The notes under the pieces: model-generated | Database searches by the model: none | Told to the model about the DNA's origin: nothing | The model's input: only the letters and a program-made list of their open reading frames with translations | Origin: an uncultured Holophagales bacterium | Lineage (GTDB): Bacteria; Acidobacteriota; Thermoanaerobaculia; Multivoradales; UBA5704 | Length of the DNA stretch: 64,000 nucleotides | Direction: 5' to 3' | Assembly: GCA_963842525.1 (NCBI GenBank) | Contig: CAWJGT010000003.1 | Coordinates: 1,120,001-1,184,000 of the forward strand | Position numbers and translations under genes: made by a program | Part shown: one piece after another, positions 9,800 to 20,541 of the stretch | Numbering within the stretch: the stretch's first letter is position 1 | Layout of the letters: the number at the start of each line of letters is the position of its first letter

Positions 9800-11957
9800 A
9801 TGAGCCATCGACTCCGCACGATCTCCCTCGCCCTCGCGGCGATTCTCGTCCTCGCCGGCCCGCTGGCAGCGCAGGATTCCCAGAAGCTCGTCGTCCTCGG
9901 CTTCGACGGCGCCGACGCCAAGCTGACCCAGAAATGGATGGACGAGGGCAAGCTGCCGAACCTGGCCAAGCTCCGCGCCCAGGGCAGCTTCTCGCCGCTG
10001 CGGCCGACGATCCCCTCGCAGACGCCCGTCGCGTGGTCGACCTTCGCGACCGGCCTCAACCCGGGACGCCACGGGGTCTTCGACTTCCTGAAGCGGAATC
10101 CAAAGGACTACACGCCGACCTTCGCGGCGGCGCAAGAGGGCAAGGCGGACTTCCTCTTCGGTGCCAGGAACGCCTGGATCGTGGGGCTGATCGCGGCAGC
10201 CGTCGTGGCCCTCCTCTTCCTCTTGGCCCTCAAGCTGTTCCGAGTGCGCTGGGTGGTGGCCGCGGCGGTCGCGGTGGTGCTGGGGATCGCGGCCGGCGTG
10301 GGCTCGGGCGCGGCGGCGGACCGCCTGCTCCCCAAGTCGCGGCCCATCGCCATCAGCAGCCAGCAGGGCGACACCTTCTGGAAGCTGCTCGGCCAGGCCG
10401 GCAAGCGGGTGACGGTGATGCGCATCCCGGTGACCTTCCCGCCCAAGAGCTACGACAACGGCCACCTGCTGTCCGGCCTCGGCGTGCCTGACCTCTCGGG
10501 GCGCATCGGCAAGCCCTTCTACTTCACCTCCGAGCTGTTCTTCGCCCCCAGGGGCGGCGGCGACTTCAAGGTCGAGGTCGTCGAGCTGGTGGACAACAAA
10601 GGTGAGATCGAGACCGAGATCAAGGGGCCGCAGAACGAGCTGTTCCCCGAGCAGAGCGACTACATCAAGATCCCGATGAAGCTCACCGTCGCAGAGGACA
10701 AGAAATCGCTGCGCATCCAGGTCTCGGGCAACGACCTCACCCTGAATTCGGGGCAGTGGAGCGACTGGGTGCGCTTCACATTTCCGTTCAACTCGATCAT
10801 CAAGCTCAAGGGCATCAGCCGGTTCCGTGTGCTGTCCATCGAGCCCGAGGTACGGCTCTACCTCTCTCCCATTCAGTTCGATCCCGAAAACCTGCCGCCC
10901 GGCTTCGACATTACGGCGCCGGCCAGCTTCATCGACGACCTGACCGGCGAGCACGGCCTGTTCAAGACCCAGGGCTGGATGATCGACACGTGGTCCACCA
11001 CCGCCGGGACCATCGACGAGGGGGTCTTCCTCGAAGACGTGAAGATGACGGTGGAGAAGGACCAGGAGATCCTCAACAGCCTCCTCGCCAAGAGCGATTG
11101 GGACGTGCTGGTGCACTACTTCGAGTTCACCGACCGTGTGCAGCACATGATGTTCCGCTTTTTCGACCCCAAGCATCCGCTCTACACGCCGGAAGGTGCG
11201 GTGAAATGGGGGGGCTCGATCCTGGCGTCGTACCAGGAGATGGACCGCATCGTCGGCGAGACGATGCAGAAGATGCCGTCCGGCGCCAAGCTCCTGGTCG
11301 TCTCCGACCACGGCTTCGCCTCCTTCCGCCGCGGCATGAACTACAACACCTGGCTGGTGAAGAACGGTTTCATGACCCTGAACGGCCAGGACGCCAAACG
11401 GATGAACCTGGAGGACCTCTTCGATCAGGGCGACTTCTTCGTCAACGTCGACTGGTCGAAGACCAAGGCGTACGCCCTCGGCCTGGGGCAGGTCTACATC
11501 AACCTCAAGGGCCGCGAGGAGAAGGGGATCGTGGAGCCGGGCGAGGAGTACAAGCAGGTGGTCGCTGCGATCAAGGCGGGGCTCGAGTCCTTCGTCGACG
11601 AGGAGACGGGGGAGCGCCCGGTGGCCCACGCCTTCACCCGCGACGAGGCCTACGAGGGGGTCTACGATCCCGAGCTGATCCCGGACCTCATCCCGTTCGA
11701 ACAGCGAAGGCTATCGCGTCGGCTGGCAGGACAGCCTGGGCGGCATCGGCAAGACCATCGTCGAGCCCAACACGGAGATCTGGAGCGGCGACCACTGCTC
11801 GGTCTATCCGCCGCTGGTGCAGGGCATCCTTTTCAGCAGCGTCAAGCTGAACGTCCCGCAAGGCGCCTACATGGGCGACGTGATGCCGACGATCCTCGAC
11901 CTCTACGGCGTCAAGCCGACGACGAACCTCGACGGCAGGAGCCTGCTGGTGAAGTAG
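9800..11957 (+). CDS. Alkaline phosphatase superfamily / type I phosphodiesterase-nucleotide pyrophosphatase; frameshift near 11697
   Basis: Signal peptide, LGFDGAD, QTPVAWSTFATGLNPGRHG, TDRVQH, SDHGF; WSGDH...DVMPTIL tail in shifted frame ending TAG 11957. Confidence 0.88.
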
Positions 11958-11964
11958 CCGGCGC

Positions 11965-13116
11965 TCAGTTGACCGACTCTGAAATGGCGAAGGCGATCCT
12001 CTGGTTGTCGGTCGAGAATCGGTAGGTGCCGTCTTCGCCTTTGTAGATGTCCACCACGAGCTCGAACTCATCCCCTATTGTGTCATCGCCCGGGAACTCA
12101 TCGGAACGGAAATGCACAGAGGCAGAGTCCTTTCCCTTTCGGAAGAAGGAGGTCAACGTATAGAAAGTGTGGTAGGAGTGGTGGAAGACCGCAATCTCGA
12201 CATCCGCATTTTTATCCCACTCCCCGTCGAGCCAGTCGAGGAAATCTCCCTTCTTCTGCAGGAGTCCCTGGACGTCCGGGACCTTGTTGTTGCCGTCCCA
12301 GATCGAGGTCTTGATCTTAGCTCCGCTGAGAAGTAGCGCGTAGACGTCCTTGGCAATGATCCATTCGTCGAAGTGGCTTCCGTTGCCGTTCCTGTCCTCT
12401 TCTTTGCCGATGCCTTCATCGATGAGGTCGTCGAGGATCTTCTTGGCGGTGCGGTTTTTATCGAACTTGTGCGTCTGGTTGAGCCAGTCGAGGCTGCGGG
12501 CGAAGGCTCCCGCGAAGCGGTGCTCGTACTCGCTCTCCTGCAGCGGTTGAACGACCCGCGGCACAAATGTCTTTATCGGCCGATCAACGATCAGGATCGG
12601 CCGCGGCGGCACACCCGGATCGAACGGTCCCACCGAGGCCACGTGGCGCTCGCGGGTGCCGACGAAGGTGACCGGGCCTTTCGCGGCCTGGGGTGCCTTC
12701 TTGCTCAGAGCCGTGTCCAGAGTCAGCATGTACTGGACCTTGTTCCAGTCCGTGCCGTCCTTGAGGCCCAGGTTCCGGAGATCGAGAAAGACCGCCTTGC
12801 GGCGCAACGTGGCGTTGCGCTCGCCGTCGAGCGGCAGGTTGCGGAGGAACCAGGACTGGCGCCGGCTCCCCGGGAGCTTGACCGTGCCGTTCAGGTACCA
12901 GGTCTTGCGGGCGGCCTTGTAGGCGAAGCTCATCTGCCCCCAGAGCGAGTTGAGCTTCGCCGGATCGTTCTTGCCGTACATCCAGTCTACCTGGTCGAAG
13001 GCGAGGCTCAGGAAGGTCGGCGGTGGAGAGGATGGAGGCCCGGCGGTGAGCGAAGCCGGGTCCAGCGCGACGAGCAGGGCGAGCATGGCGAGGAGACGGA
13101 TGCGATGGGCTCTCAT
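11965..13116 (-). CDS. Secreted hypothetical protein
   Basis: 383-aa ORF, GGAGGA RBS, signal peptide, typical codon usage. Confidence 0.75.
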   Translation of the reverse strand: MRAHRIRLLAMLALLVALDPASLTAGPPSSPPPTFLSLAFDQVDWMYGKNDPAKLNSLWGQMSFAYKAARKTWYLNGTVKLPGSRRQSWFLRNLPLDGERNATLRRKAVFLDLRNLGLKDGTDWNKVQYMLTLDTALSKKAPQAAKGPVTFVGTRERHVASVGPFDPGVPPRPILIVDRPIKTFVPRVVQPLQESEYEHRFAGAFARSLDWLNQTHKFDKNRTAKKILDDLIDEGIGKEEDRNGNGSHFDEWIIAKDVYALLLSGAKIKTSIWDGNNKVPDVQGLLQKKGDFLDWLDGEWDKNADVEIAVFHHSYHTFYTLTSFFRKGKDSASVHFRSDEFPGDDTIGDEFELVVDIYKGEDGTYRFSTDNQRIAFAISESVN

Positions 13117-13261
13117 GGTTCCTCCGATGTTCCGTTGCGAGCGTTCCGGGCACTCTGTGCGGGAAACCGGCCGGCTATTTCACTTTCCGCCCCGCCGGCC
13201 CGGCCTTGGGCATCGGCACCGGATATCGTCTATCGTATTCACATTGAAAAGGAGGTAAGGC

Positions 13262-13759
13262 ATGTCATCAGACCGTGAGATCCAGGCGAGACGCCGGCAA
13301 GCCATCGTCGAGGTCCTCACCGGAGACAAGCAGGTGTCAGAGCAGAAGGAGCTGGTCGAGATGCTGCGCGCACAGGGGATTCCGGCGACGCAGTCGAGCA
13401 TCAGCCGCGACCTCAAAGTCCTTGGGGCCGTGCGGACCCGGGGGTACTACGAAATTCCCTCCTGGAGTGAAGAAGAGGAGGAGGAAGGGGGCTCGCCGTT
13501 CCGCAAAGTGGTCCCCTTCGTCCGGCGGGTGAGGACGGCCGGGCCGTACCAGACGCTCCTCGTCACCGATCCGGGCGCCGGGCGCGTGGTCGCCCAGGCG
13601 ATCGCCGAATCCGCATGGGAGGACGTCGTCGGCACGGTCAACGGCGACAGCAGCGTGCTGATCCTGACGGAGAACTTCTTTTTTCAGCGGCTCGTGTACG
13701 AACGGCTCAAGTACTTCCTGACGGAGAGCGGGGAGAACGAGATCGTGGAGATGGAATGA
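13262..13759 (+). CDS. argR: ArgR-family transcriptional regulator (divergent)
   Basis: QKELVEMLRAQGIPATQSSISRDLKVLG wHTH; C-terminal VVGTVNGDSSVLI; AGGAGG RBS. Confidence 0.75.
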   Translation: MSSDREIQARRRQAIVEVLTGDKQVSEQKELVEMLRAQGIPATQSSISRDLKVLGAVRTRGYYEIPSWSEEEEEEGGSPFRKVVPFVRRVRTAGPYQTLLVTDPGAGRVVAQAIAESAWEDVVGTVNGDSSVLILTENFFFQRLVYERLKYFLTESGENEIVEME

Positions 13760-13806
13760 GGCACCCCAGGTTAGACTCTTCCCTGGATTCTGGAGGAGGG
13801 ACCCCG

Positions 13807-14631
13807 ATGCCTGCCTGCACAAGGACATGCCGGCTCTTCCTGCTCGCGGTCCTGGCGCTCGCCGCCGGAGCCGCCGCCCAACAACCTGCGGCCGATCGTC
13901 CCCCGATCGACCTCCAAGGGGTGCGGGTGGTCGACCTCACGTACGCCTTCGACGAAAAGACGATCTACTGGCCGAACGCGCCCTCGACGTTCCAGCTCGA
14001 CCGCCTGTCGTACGGCAAGACCGAGGCCGGTTTCTTCTATGCGTCCAACGCGTTCTGCACGCCCGAGCACGGCGGCACCCACCTGGACGCGCCGATCCAT
14101 TTCGCCGAGAAGGGGCGGACGGCTGATCAGATCCCGGTGGAGCAGCTCATCGGTCCGGCGGTGGTGATCGACGTCCGCGCCAAGGCGGCGGCCGATCCCG
14201 ACTACCGGCTGACGCCCGAGGACGTCCGGGCCTGGGAGGGGAAGCACGGTGCGGTGCCGCAGGGGTCGATCGTCCTGCTGCGCACCGGCTGGGGAGCGCG
14301 CTGGCCGGACCGCAAGCGCTACCTGGGGGACGACAAGCCGGGCGATGCCTCGAACCTGCACTTCCCTTCGTATGGGGCCGAAGCTGCCCGCTACCTGGTC
14401 GAGCAGAGGAAGGTTGGCGCCCTGGGGGTGGACACGGCGAGCATCGACCACGGCCCCTCGAAGGACTTCATCGTGCACCAGATCGCCAACGGCGCGAACG
14501 TCCCCGGCCTGGAGAACGTGGCCCAGCTTGAAGAGCTGCCGGAGACGGGAGCCTGGGTGATCGCGTTGCCGATGAAGATCGCGGGCGGTTCGGGCGGGCC
14601 GGTGCGGATCGTGGCCCTGGTGCCGAGATAA
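13807..14631 (+). CDS. Secreted cyclase family protein (kynurenine formamidase-like metal hydrolase)
   Basis: EHGGTHLDAPIHF, LLRTGW, GVDTASID, PGLEN, PMKIAGGSGGPVR. Confidence 0.92.
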   Translation: MPACTRTCRLFLLAVLALAAGAAAQQPAADRPPIDLQGVRVVDLTYAFDEKTIYWPNAPSTFQLDRLSYGKTEAGFFYASNAFCTPEHGGTHLDAPIHFAEKGRTADQIPVEQLIGPAVVIDVRAKAAADPDYRLTPEDVRAWEGKHGAVPQGSIVLLRTGWGARWPDRKRYLGDDKPGDASNLHFPSYGAEAARYLVEQRKVGALGVDTASIDHGPSKDFIVHQIANGANVPGLENVAQLEELPETGAWVIALPMKIAGGSGGPVRIVALVPR

Positions 14632-14794
14632 CCTCACCCCCTGGCCCCCTCTCCCATCTCCCGCCCGCCCATCCCCGGGAGAGGGGGGACGTTGTTGTTG
14701 CCTCCGTGGCGAGCTCGCTGAACAGCTTTGGATGGGTTCCCCCTCTCCCGGCGGGGGTGGAAGGGAGATGGGAGAGGGGGCTAGGGGGTGAGGT
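14631..14794. repeat. REP/MITE-like element, family A (164 bp, 32-bp terminal inverted repeats)
   Basis: ACCTCACCCCCTGGCCCCCTCTCCCATCTCCC ... GGGAGATGGGAGAGGGGGCTAGGGGGTGAGGT; internal part similar to 43291-43454. Confidence 0.88.
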
Positions 14795-14804
14795 CTCTTC
14801 GGCG

Positions 14805-15464
14805 CTAACCCGCCCTGGAGATTCTGCGTGGCTGCGGTGTCGGAGCTTCGTCCTCGCTGAGGAGGACGCGGAGCTTCTTCATCGCCATCAGGGCGCGGGA
14901 TTTGACGGTCCCGAGGGGTGCCCCGAGGTGCGCGGCGATCTCGGTCTGGGAGAGGCCGTGGAAGAAGGCCAGCTCGACGACCCGGCGCTGCTCCGGGGGG
15001 AGGCACTCGAGGGCCGAGCCGATGCGGCGCTGCCGGTCCCGGTGCTCCAGCCGCCGGCTGCCGACGGGAGCGGCGGCCACCGCGGCCTCGCGGCCCAGCT
15101 TGTCCTCCCGGCGATGGCGCGCCGTCGCGGCGCGGAGCCGGTCGAGGGCGCGCGAGCGGGCGAGCAGGAGCAGCCAGCCGCGCGGCGAGGACCGGGCGGA
15201 GTCGTAGCGGCGGGCCTCGCGCCAGACTTGGAGGAAGACCTCCTGGAGCACCTCTTCGGCTTCGCCGTTCTTGCCCAGCATCCGCTGGAGCAGCCCGAGC
15301 GTCACCCCGGCGTGGCGGTCGTAGAAGGTGCCGAGGGCGTCGCTGGAGCCGGCGGCGATCTGGCGCAGCAGGTCGACATCGGGCTCGGTCGTCGGGGTCG
15401 GCGCCAGGGGCCTGGGCGTTCTGGGCGTGAAGAGGAGGGTCTTGGAAGCGGGTTCTGAGGGCAT
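14805..15464 (-). CDS. ECF RNA polymerase sigma factor (SigK-like)
   Basis: AEEVLQEVFLQVW, WLLLLARSRALDRLR, LAFFHGLSQTEIA, PLGTVKSR. Confidence 0.92.
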   Translation of the reverse strand: MPSEPASKTLLFTPRTPRPLAPTPTTEPDVDLLRQIAAGSSDALGTFYDRHAGVTLGLLQRMLGKNGEAEEVLQEVFLQVWREARRYDSARSSPRGWLLLLARSRALDRLRAATARHRREDKLGREAAVAAAPVGSRRLEHRDRQRRIGSALECLPPEQRRVVELAFFHGLSQTEIAAHLGAPLGTVKSRALMAMKKLRVLLSEDEAPTPQPRRISRAG

Positions 15465-15579
15465 GACTTTTGCTCCGGGGTGGTAAAGTCACCGTCTGAA
15501 GCAGACTGTAGCGTCCGGCGCTGGCGACTGTCCTCTAAGCTCGGGTTAAAATTTGATCAAAGAAGTCTCAAAGCCGCCC

Positions 15580-17316
15580 ATGTCCAGTCGACGAACCCTG
15601 GAGCTCGACGGCCTAACGGTAGACCTCGGCAGCCGCCTGCTGCTGCGCGGGGACCGGCAGGTGCCCCTGACGCCGAAGGCCTTCGACACCCTTGCGGTGC
15701 TGCTCGAGCGCCCTGGCGAGGTGGTGTCCAAAGAGGACCTCATCGCGCGGGTCTGGCCCGACACCTTCGTCGAGGAAGGGATCCTGACCCAGAACGTCTA
15801 CACCCTGCGCAAGGCCCTGCAGGAAGCGGGCGGCGAGCGGACCTATATCGAGACCATCCCGCGCCGGGGCTACCGCTTCGTGGGTCTGCCTGTCGAGCGG
15901 GCAGACCGCGAGCCCGTACAGGAGGCGGCGCCGATCACCTCGCTCGCGGTCCTCCCGTTCGAGCCCCTGACGGCCCATTCGGACGATGCCTACATCGGGC
16001 TCGGCCTGGCCGACGCCCTGATCACCCGGCTCTCGAACCTGCGGCGGATCACCGTGCGGCCGACCAGCGCGGTGCGCCGCTATCTCGGCGTGGCGCGCGA
16101 CCCGGCCAGCATCGGCCGCGCCCTCCAGGCCGACGCCGTGCTCGACGGCACGATCCAGCGCTCGGGGGACACCCTGCGGATCACTGTCCAGCTCATCGGC
16201 GTCCGCGAAGGCGTGACGCTCTGGGCGACCAAGCTCGACGCCCGGGAGGCCGACCTCTTCGCGCTGGAGGACTCCCTCTCCCAGGAGCTGGCCGACGAGC
16301 TGCAGCTCCGGCTCTCGCAGCGGGAGCGGGAGCGGCTGACGCGCGGCCGGACACCCGTTCCCGATGCCTACCAGGTCTATCTGCGTGGGCGGTACTTCTG
16401 GAACCGGCGGACCCGGGAGGGGCTGGAGAAAGGGATCGAGCTGTTCCGCCAGGCCATCGTCCTCGATCCCGACTTTGCCCTCGCCCATGCGGGCCTCGCG
16501 GACTGCTTTGTCCTCCTCCCGTTCTTCGGGGCCTTCGCGCCGCGGGAGGTCTTCCCCGAGGCGATCGCCGCGGCCGAGCAGGCGTTGATGCTCGACGATT
16601 CCCTGGCCGAGGCGCACACCTCCCTCGCCTATGCCCGCTTCTACTTCGAGCGGCGCTGGGACCTGGCGGAGCGCGGCTTCCAGCGGGCGATCGACCTCAA
16701 TCCTGGCTATCCGACTGCGCACCAGTGGTACGCCTTCCTGCTCTCCGCCCTGGGGCGGCATGGGGAGGCCGTGGCGCGGGCTCGGCAGGCGCGGGACCTC
16801 GACCCCCTGTCGTTGGTCATCAATGCGGACCTCGGCATGGTCCTCTATTTCTCCCGCGATCATGCCGCGGCGGTCGAGCAGTTCCGGGCGACCCTGGACC
16901 TCGATTCCACCTTCGCCTATGCGCGGTTCGGGCTCGGCCATGCCCTGCAGCAGCAGGGCCGGCTGGCCGAGGCGGTGGAGGAGCTGCGCCGTGCCGTGGA
17001 GCTCGCGCCGGGCAACCTGGTCTGGCAGGCCGCCCTCGGGCAGGCTCTGGCCTGGTCCGGCCGGCCGGAGGAGGCGCGATGCATCCTCGGCGAGCTCGAA
17101 GAGCGGGCGGACTGCGAGTATGTGGAGTCGAGCGACTTCGCCTTCCTCTGGACCGCCCTGGGCGAGCTCGACCGGGCGATCGACCGCCTCGAACGGGCCT
17201 GTGACGAGCGCTCCCGCTTCGTCGCCCTGCTCGCCACCTGGCCGATCTACGACCCCCTCCGCACCCATCCCCGCTGGCCGGACCTCCTGCGCCGCGCCGG
17301 CCTGGGTGGAAATTGA
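15580..17316 (+). CDS. OmpR-type wHTH / TolB-like / TPR transcriptional regulator
   Basis: LTPKAFDTL...IETIPRRGYRF, SLAVLPF, GLADALITRL, TPR repeats. Confidence 0.92.
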   Translation: MSSRRTLELDGLTVDLGSRLLLRGDRQVPLTPKAFDTLAVLLERPGEVVSKEDLIARVWPDTFVEEGILTQNVYTLRKALQEAGGERTYIETIPRRGYRFVGLPVERADREPVQEAAPITSLAVLPFEPLTAHSDDAYIGLGLADALITRLSNLRRITVRPTSAVRRYLGVARDPASIGRALQADAVLDGTIQRSGDTLRITVQLIGVREGVTLWATKLDAREADLFALEDSLSQELADELQLRLSQRERERLTRGRTPVPDAYQVYLRGRYFWNRRTREGLEKGIELFRQAIVLDPDFALAHAGLADCFVLLPFFGAFAPREVFPEAIAAAEQALMLDDSLAEAHTSLAYARFYFERRWDLAERGFQRAIDLNPGYPTAHQWYAFLLSALGRHGEAVARARQARDLDPLSLVINADLGMVLYFSRDHAAAVEQFRATLDLDSTFAYARFGLGHALQQQGRLAEAVEELRRAVELAPGNLVWQAALGQALAWSGRPEEARCILGELEERADCEYVESSDFAFLWTALGELDRAIDRLERACDERSRFVALLATWPIYDPLRTHPRWPDLLRRAGLGGN

Positions 17317-17337
17317 GAGGGCAGAAAGGAGAGCGTC

Positions 17338-17495
17338 ATGGCAACCGACGTGCACGTGGGTCTGTTCGTCCGGCTGGAGGCAAAGGCCGGCAAGGAAGAG
17401 GAGGTGGCGAGCTTCCTGCGCGGCGGCTTGTCGATCGTCGAAGAGGAGCCGGCGACCATCGCGTGGTTCGCGATCCAGCTCGGACCGTCGACGTT
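17338..17495 (+). pseudogene. Truncated antibiotic-biosynthesis-monooxygenase (ABM) family gene
   Basis: GLFVRLEAKAGKEEEVASFL...EEPATIAWFAIQLGPST, then similarity ends at the 3' end of the convergent gene. Confidence 0.7.
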
Positions 17496-17509
17496 GCCAA
17501 GCTGCCCGG

Positions 17510-18814
17510 CTAGCGCCTGCCGAGCGCTTCCAGGAGGAAACGCCCGGTCTCGGTCGTCAGGAGCGCCTCGAAGTGGCCCCCGCGAACGCGCCGCGGCGGC
17601 AGGGCAAGGCCGGCCCGTTCCTGGGGCGACAGCCAGTCCTGGCTGGCCAGGGTCGCGTGCTCGTCCCCGCTGGCCGTGGCCAGCGCATAGAGCACCGGAC
17701 GGCGGCGCAGGAACGCATCGCCGGTAAAGAACGTCCGCCAGCGCTCTCCCTGCTGCACCAGCACGGCCCGGTCCGGCGTCGGCTGGTCCGCGCTGCCGAC
17801 GACGTAGACCCGGGTCTCCCCGAAACGAGGCGCATCCGCCCGCAGGAGATCCTGGAACCGCCGTGCCGCGGCGAGGGTGCGGCGGAGGTAGGCGTCCCGT
17901 TCCGCCGTGCCCGCCGCCTCCCCATCGACGGACCAGCCATAGCGGCGCCAGCTCTCGGGATCGAACAGATCGACGTCCAGCGGTCGGCCCTCCGCGTCCA
18001 GGAACAGGTCGCGCCGATAGATCGGGAGATCCTGGAACAGGGCCGGAAACGTGAAGAGCACCTCGGGGAGCAGCCGGCGGCCTACCAACGGGACATAGCG
18101 CCGGCCGCGGTCGAGCTCGCGGAGGATGCGCAGGCTGCCCCCGTTGGAGGCCCCCACGAGGACCAGCCGGCGCACGGACAGAGTCGAAGGAAGACTGCCC
18201 CGGCCCGCCGCGGCCTCCTCCAGAGGGGCTCCTCCGTATTTCGCCAGATAGCGGCACAGGTGGGCACCGCCCGACTGGCACACCAGGTCCACCTCCAGCC
18301 GCTCCCGGCCCTGCACCCGGCGCAGCTCCTCCAACTGCCGGCGCAGGAGGCCGGCGCTCTCCGTCAGGTCCCGCCGCCAGTCGTAATCGAAGAAGAAGAA
18401 CGTCTCTCCCGCCTCTTCCGGACGGGGTGACTCCAGCTCCCCCAGCACGTATCCGGCCCCGGTGAGTAGCCTCTGGATGGGGCCGTAGACCGGCTTGCGG
18501 ATGCCGAAGACGCTGATCTGCTCGATCGGACCTGCGGGCTCGAGGACCGGCAGGCCCGAATCCTGGCTGCCGAGAGGGAGAGCCAGGCCGTAGCCACCGT
18601 CGTGGGGCCGCAGCAGGTTCCGGCCGAGCCCCCAGACCACCTCTCCCGTCCGGGAATCTCGTAGCGCGACCCCCGTGACTCCGGGAACGAAGACCACGGG
18701 AACCGCCGGAGGTCCAACCAGTGGGCGCTCCGGCAGGGTGTGTGGCGCCGACCGCGGGCCGCAGGCGGCCAGCAGGAGGACGAGCGGCAGAGCGGAACGC
18801 CGTACAAGCAACAA
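17510..18814 (-). CDS. Lipoprotein alpha/beta hydrolase (lipase/LCAT-like)
   Basis: Lipobox LLAAC, VVFVPGVTG, FDYDWRRD, VCQSGG nucleophile elbow, GD..., C-terminal H. Confidence 0.8.
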   Translation of the reverse strand: MLLVRRSALPLVLLLAACGPRSAPHTLPERPLVGPPAVPVVFVPGVTGVALRDSRTGEVVWGLGRNLLRPHDGGYGLALPLGSQDSGLPVLEPAGPIEQISVFGIRKPVYGPIQRLLTGAGYVLGELESPRPEEAGETFFFFDYDWRRDLTESAGLLRRQLEELRRVQGRERLEVDLVCQSGGAHLCRYLAKYGGAPLEEAAAGRGSLPSTLSVRRLVLVGASNGGSLRILRELDRGRRYVPLVGRRLLPEVLFTFPALFQDLPIYRRDLFLDAEGRPLDVDLFDPESWRRYGWSVDGEAAGTAERDAYLRRTLAAARRFQDLLRADAPRFGETRVYVVGSADQPTPDRAVLVQQGERWRTFFTGDAFLRRRPVLYALATASGDEHATLASQDWLSPQERAGLALPPRRVRGGHFEALLTTETGRFLLEALGRR

Positions 18815-18815
18815 G

Positions 18816-19490
18816 CTATTCGGCCGCTTCGAGCAGAGCGCGCATTTCGGGGTTGGTGGCCGCCCCGACCAGGCCCTCCTTGTGCTCGCCGAGCTTGGCT
18901 CCGGACGCGAGCAGGAGCCGGACGACGTCGAGGTGGTTCTCGTTGACCGGTCCGTACAACAGGGGGAAGCCGCCTGGTGCGGCGTTCGGATCGGCGCCTG
19001 CCTTCAGCAGGATCTCGCACATCTCGAGGCGCCCCCTGCGCGCCGCCTCGGCGAGCGGCGGCACTCCGTAGTCGTTGGCCGTCTTGGCATCGGCGCCCGC
19101 TTCGACAAGGGTGCGCACGAACGCGGCATCCCCGGAATCGACCGCTTCGAAGACGATCGACTTGCCGCCTTCCACCGGCGGCGCGTTCTTCTCGTTCGGC
19201 GTGACGCCGCCGGCGAGCAGCGCCTGAAGGACAGCGAGCTGCCGCTGTTCGGTCGCGATCCAGAGCGCCGTGCGATTCGCGCTGTTCCGCACCGAGGGAT
19301 CGATGCCGGCTTCGACGAAGAGCGCCGCATGCTGTGCATCGCCCTCGGCCACTTTCTGCAGGAACGCATCCTGTGTGAATGCGATGCCATCCTTCTCGAG
19401 CGCCTTGCGTGCTCCGGCCTCATCGCTCCGAGCAGGAGGTGCGACCAGGGCCAGCGAAGCAAGCGTCAGCAGGGCAAGGGGCATCTTCAT
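18816..19490 (-). CDS. Secreted ankyrin repeat protein
   Basis: Signal peptide; TALWIA, LVEAGAD, PPLAEAARRG, LLKAGADPN. Confidence 0.9.
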   Translation of the reverse strand: MKMPLALLTLASLALVAPPARSDEAGARKALEKDGIAFTQDAFLQKVAEGDAQHAALFVEAGIDPSVRNSANRTALWIATEQRQLAVLQALLAGGVTPNEKNAPPVEGGKSIVFEAVDSGDAAFVRTLVEAGADAKTANDYGVPPLAEAARRGRLEMCEILLKAGADPNAAPGGFPLLYGPVNENHLDVVRLLLASGAKLGEHKEGLVGAATNPEMRALLEAAE

Positions 19491-19617
19491 CGGATTCTCC
19501 TTAATGCGTAAAGTGGTGCAAGCCGGGCTCGCGTCCGCCAAGTCGATGCAAGCTTACGTCAATTCCTCCGCCTCTGGTGCTAAGCTGAACCCGAGAGAAG
19601 ATCACCGGGGAGGTCTC

Positions 19618-20079
19618 ATGAAGCTGCTTCCAGGCGTGGTAGGGCGTATCCTCGTGGCCTCGTGCGTGAGCGGGCTTGTCCTCGGGCTCGCTGCGCGCGC
19701 GGTGATGCGATTTGTCGCGCTCGAATCGGGGCTGCCCAACGGCTTCTCGATCGGTGGGTCGCTGGAGGTGGTGGCTTTTGGTGCGATCCTCGGGGCCCCG
19801 ATCGCGTTTCTGTTCTTCGCCTTGCGTCGTCGCATCAAGATGGGGCGCCCGTGGCCCGGCGTGATCCTGGGGTCGCTCCTGTTCGGCATCGTGACGGGCG
19901 TGCCGCCGCCCGCGGCGAGATCCGCTCTGACGGCAACGCCGGATACTCCCGCGGCCACAGCGCTTGCCTTCGCGGTAGTGTTTGTTGCCTGGGGCTTGTG
20001 GCTGGAATACTTGGCAAGCCGCGTGCTCGGCGCCGCCGCGCCAGGTGGTCAAAGAGAAGGCACCCCCGTCATAGAGTAG
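19618..20079 (+). CDS. Hypothetical membrane protein (~4 TM)
   Basis: GGAGG RBS, ATG 19618, hydrophobic segments. Confidence 0.7.
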   Translation: MKLLPGVVGRILVASCVSGLVLGLAARAVMRFVALESGLPNGFSIGGSLEVVAFGAILGAPIAFLFFALRRRIKMGRPWPGVILGSLLFGIVTGVPPPAARSALTATPDTPAATALAFAVVFVAWGLWLEYLASRVLGAAAPGGQREGTPVIE

Positions 20080-20082
20080 AAG

Positions 20083-20487
20083 TCATGCCTGCATGATGTG
20101 CTGCGCAATGATTTCAAAGAGTGTCCGGGCATCCTTGTTTCCCCGCGTCAGCACGAAACTGATGATCTGCCCTCCCTGGAGCCGAAGGATGATTTTTTTG
20201 TTGACCATGCCGGAGATCGTGGCAGAATCGAGCGAATTCAGGCTGAAGATGCCCACCATCCCCATGCAGATGACGAGATAGTCTTCAGTGATGGCAATGC
20301 CCTTGGCCCCAGAGGATTTTTCGGCAAAGAACAGAAGCACGTCATGGGTGGCCAGGTTTATTTCGAGCTCTCTGTTGGCACATTTCAAGAATGTTGTGAT
20401 CTTGTTGGCGTCCATAAAGGGCTTTACGTAAAGGCATTGACCCTTGCGGATACTGTGCTGATCTATGATGTCCGCGATCAAGCTCAT
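20083..20487 (-). CDS. Hypothetical protein, low GC
   Basis: 134-aa ORF with GGAG RBS, AT-richer than flanks. Confidence 0.6.
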   Translation of the reverse strand: MSLIADIIDQHSIRKGQCLYVKPFMDANKITTFLKCANRELEINLATHDVLLFFAEKSSGAKGIAITEDYLVICMGMVGIFSLNSLDSATISGMVNKKIILRLQGGQIISFVLTRGNKDARTLFEIIAQHIMQA

Positions 20488-20541
20488 CTCCAGCCCTCCA
20501 GGACGTTGGAATTGTAGCAGCCCGCTGATAGACTGCGCGAT

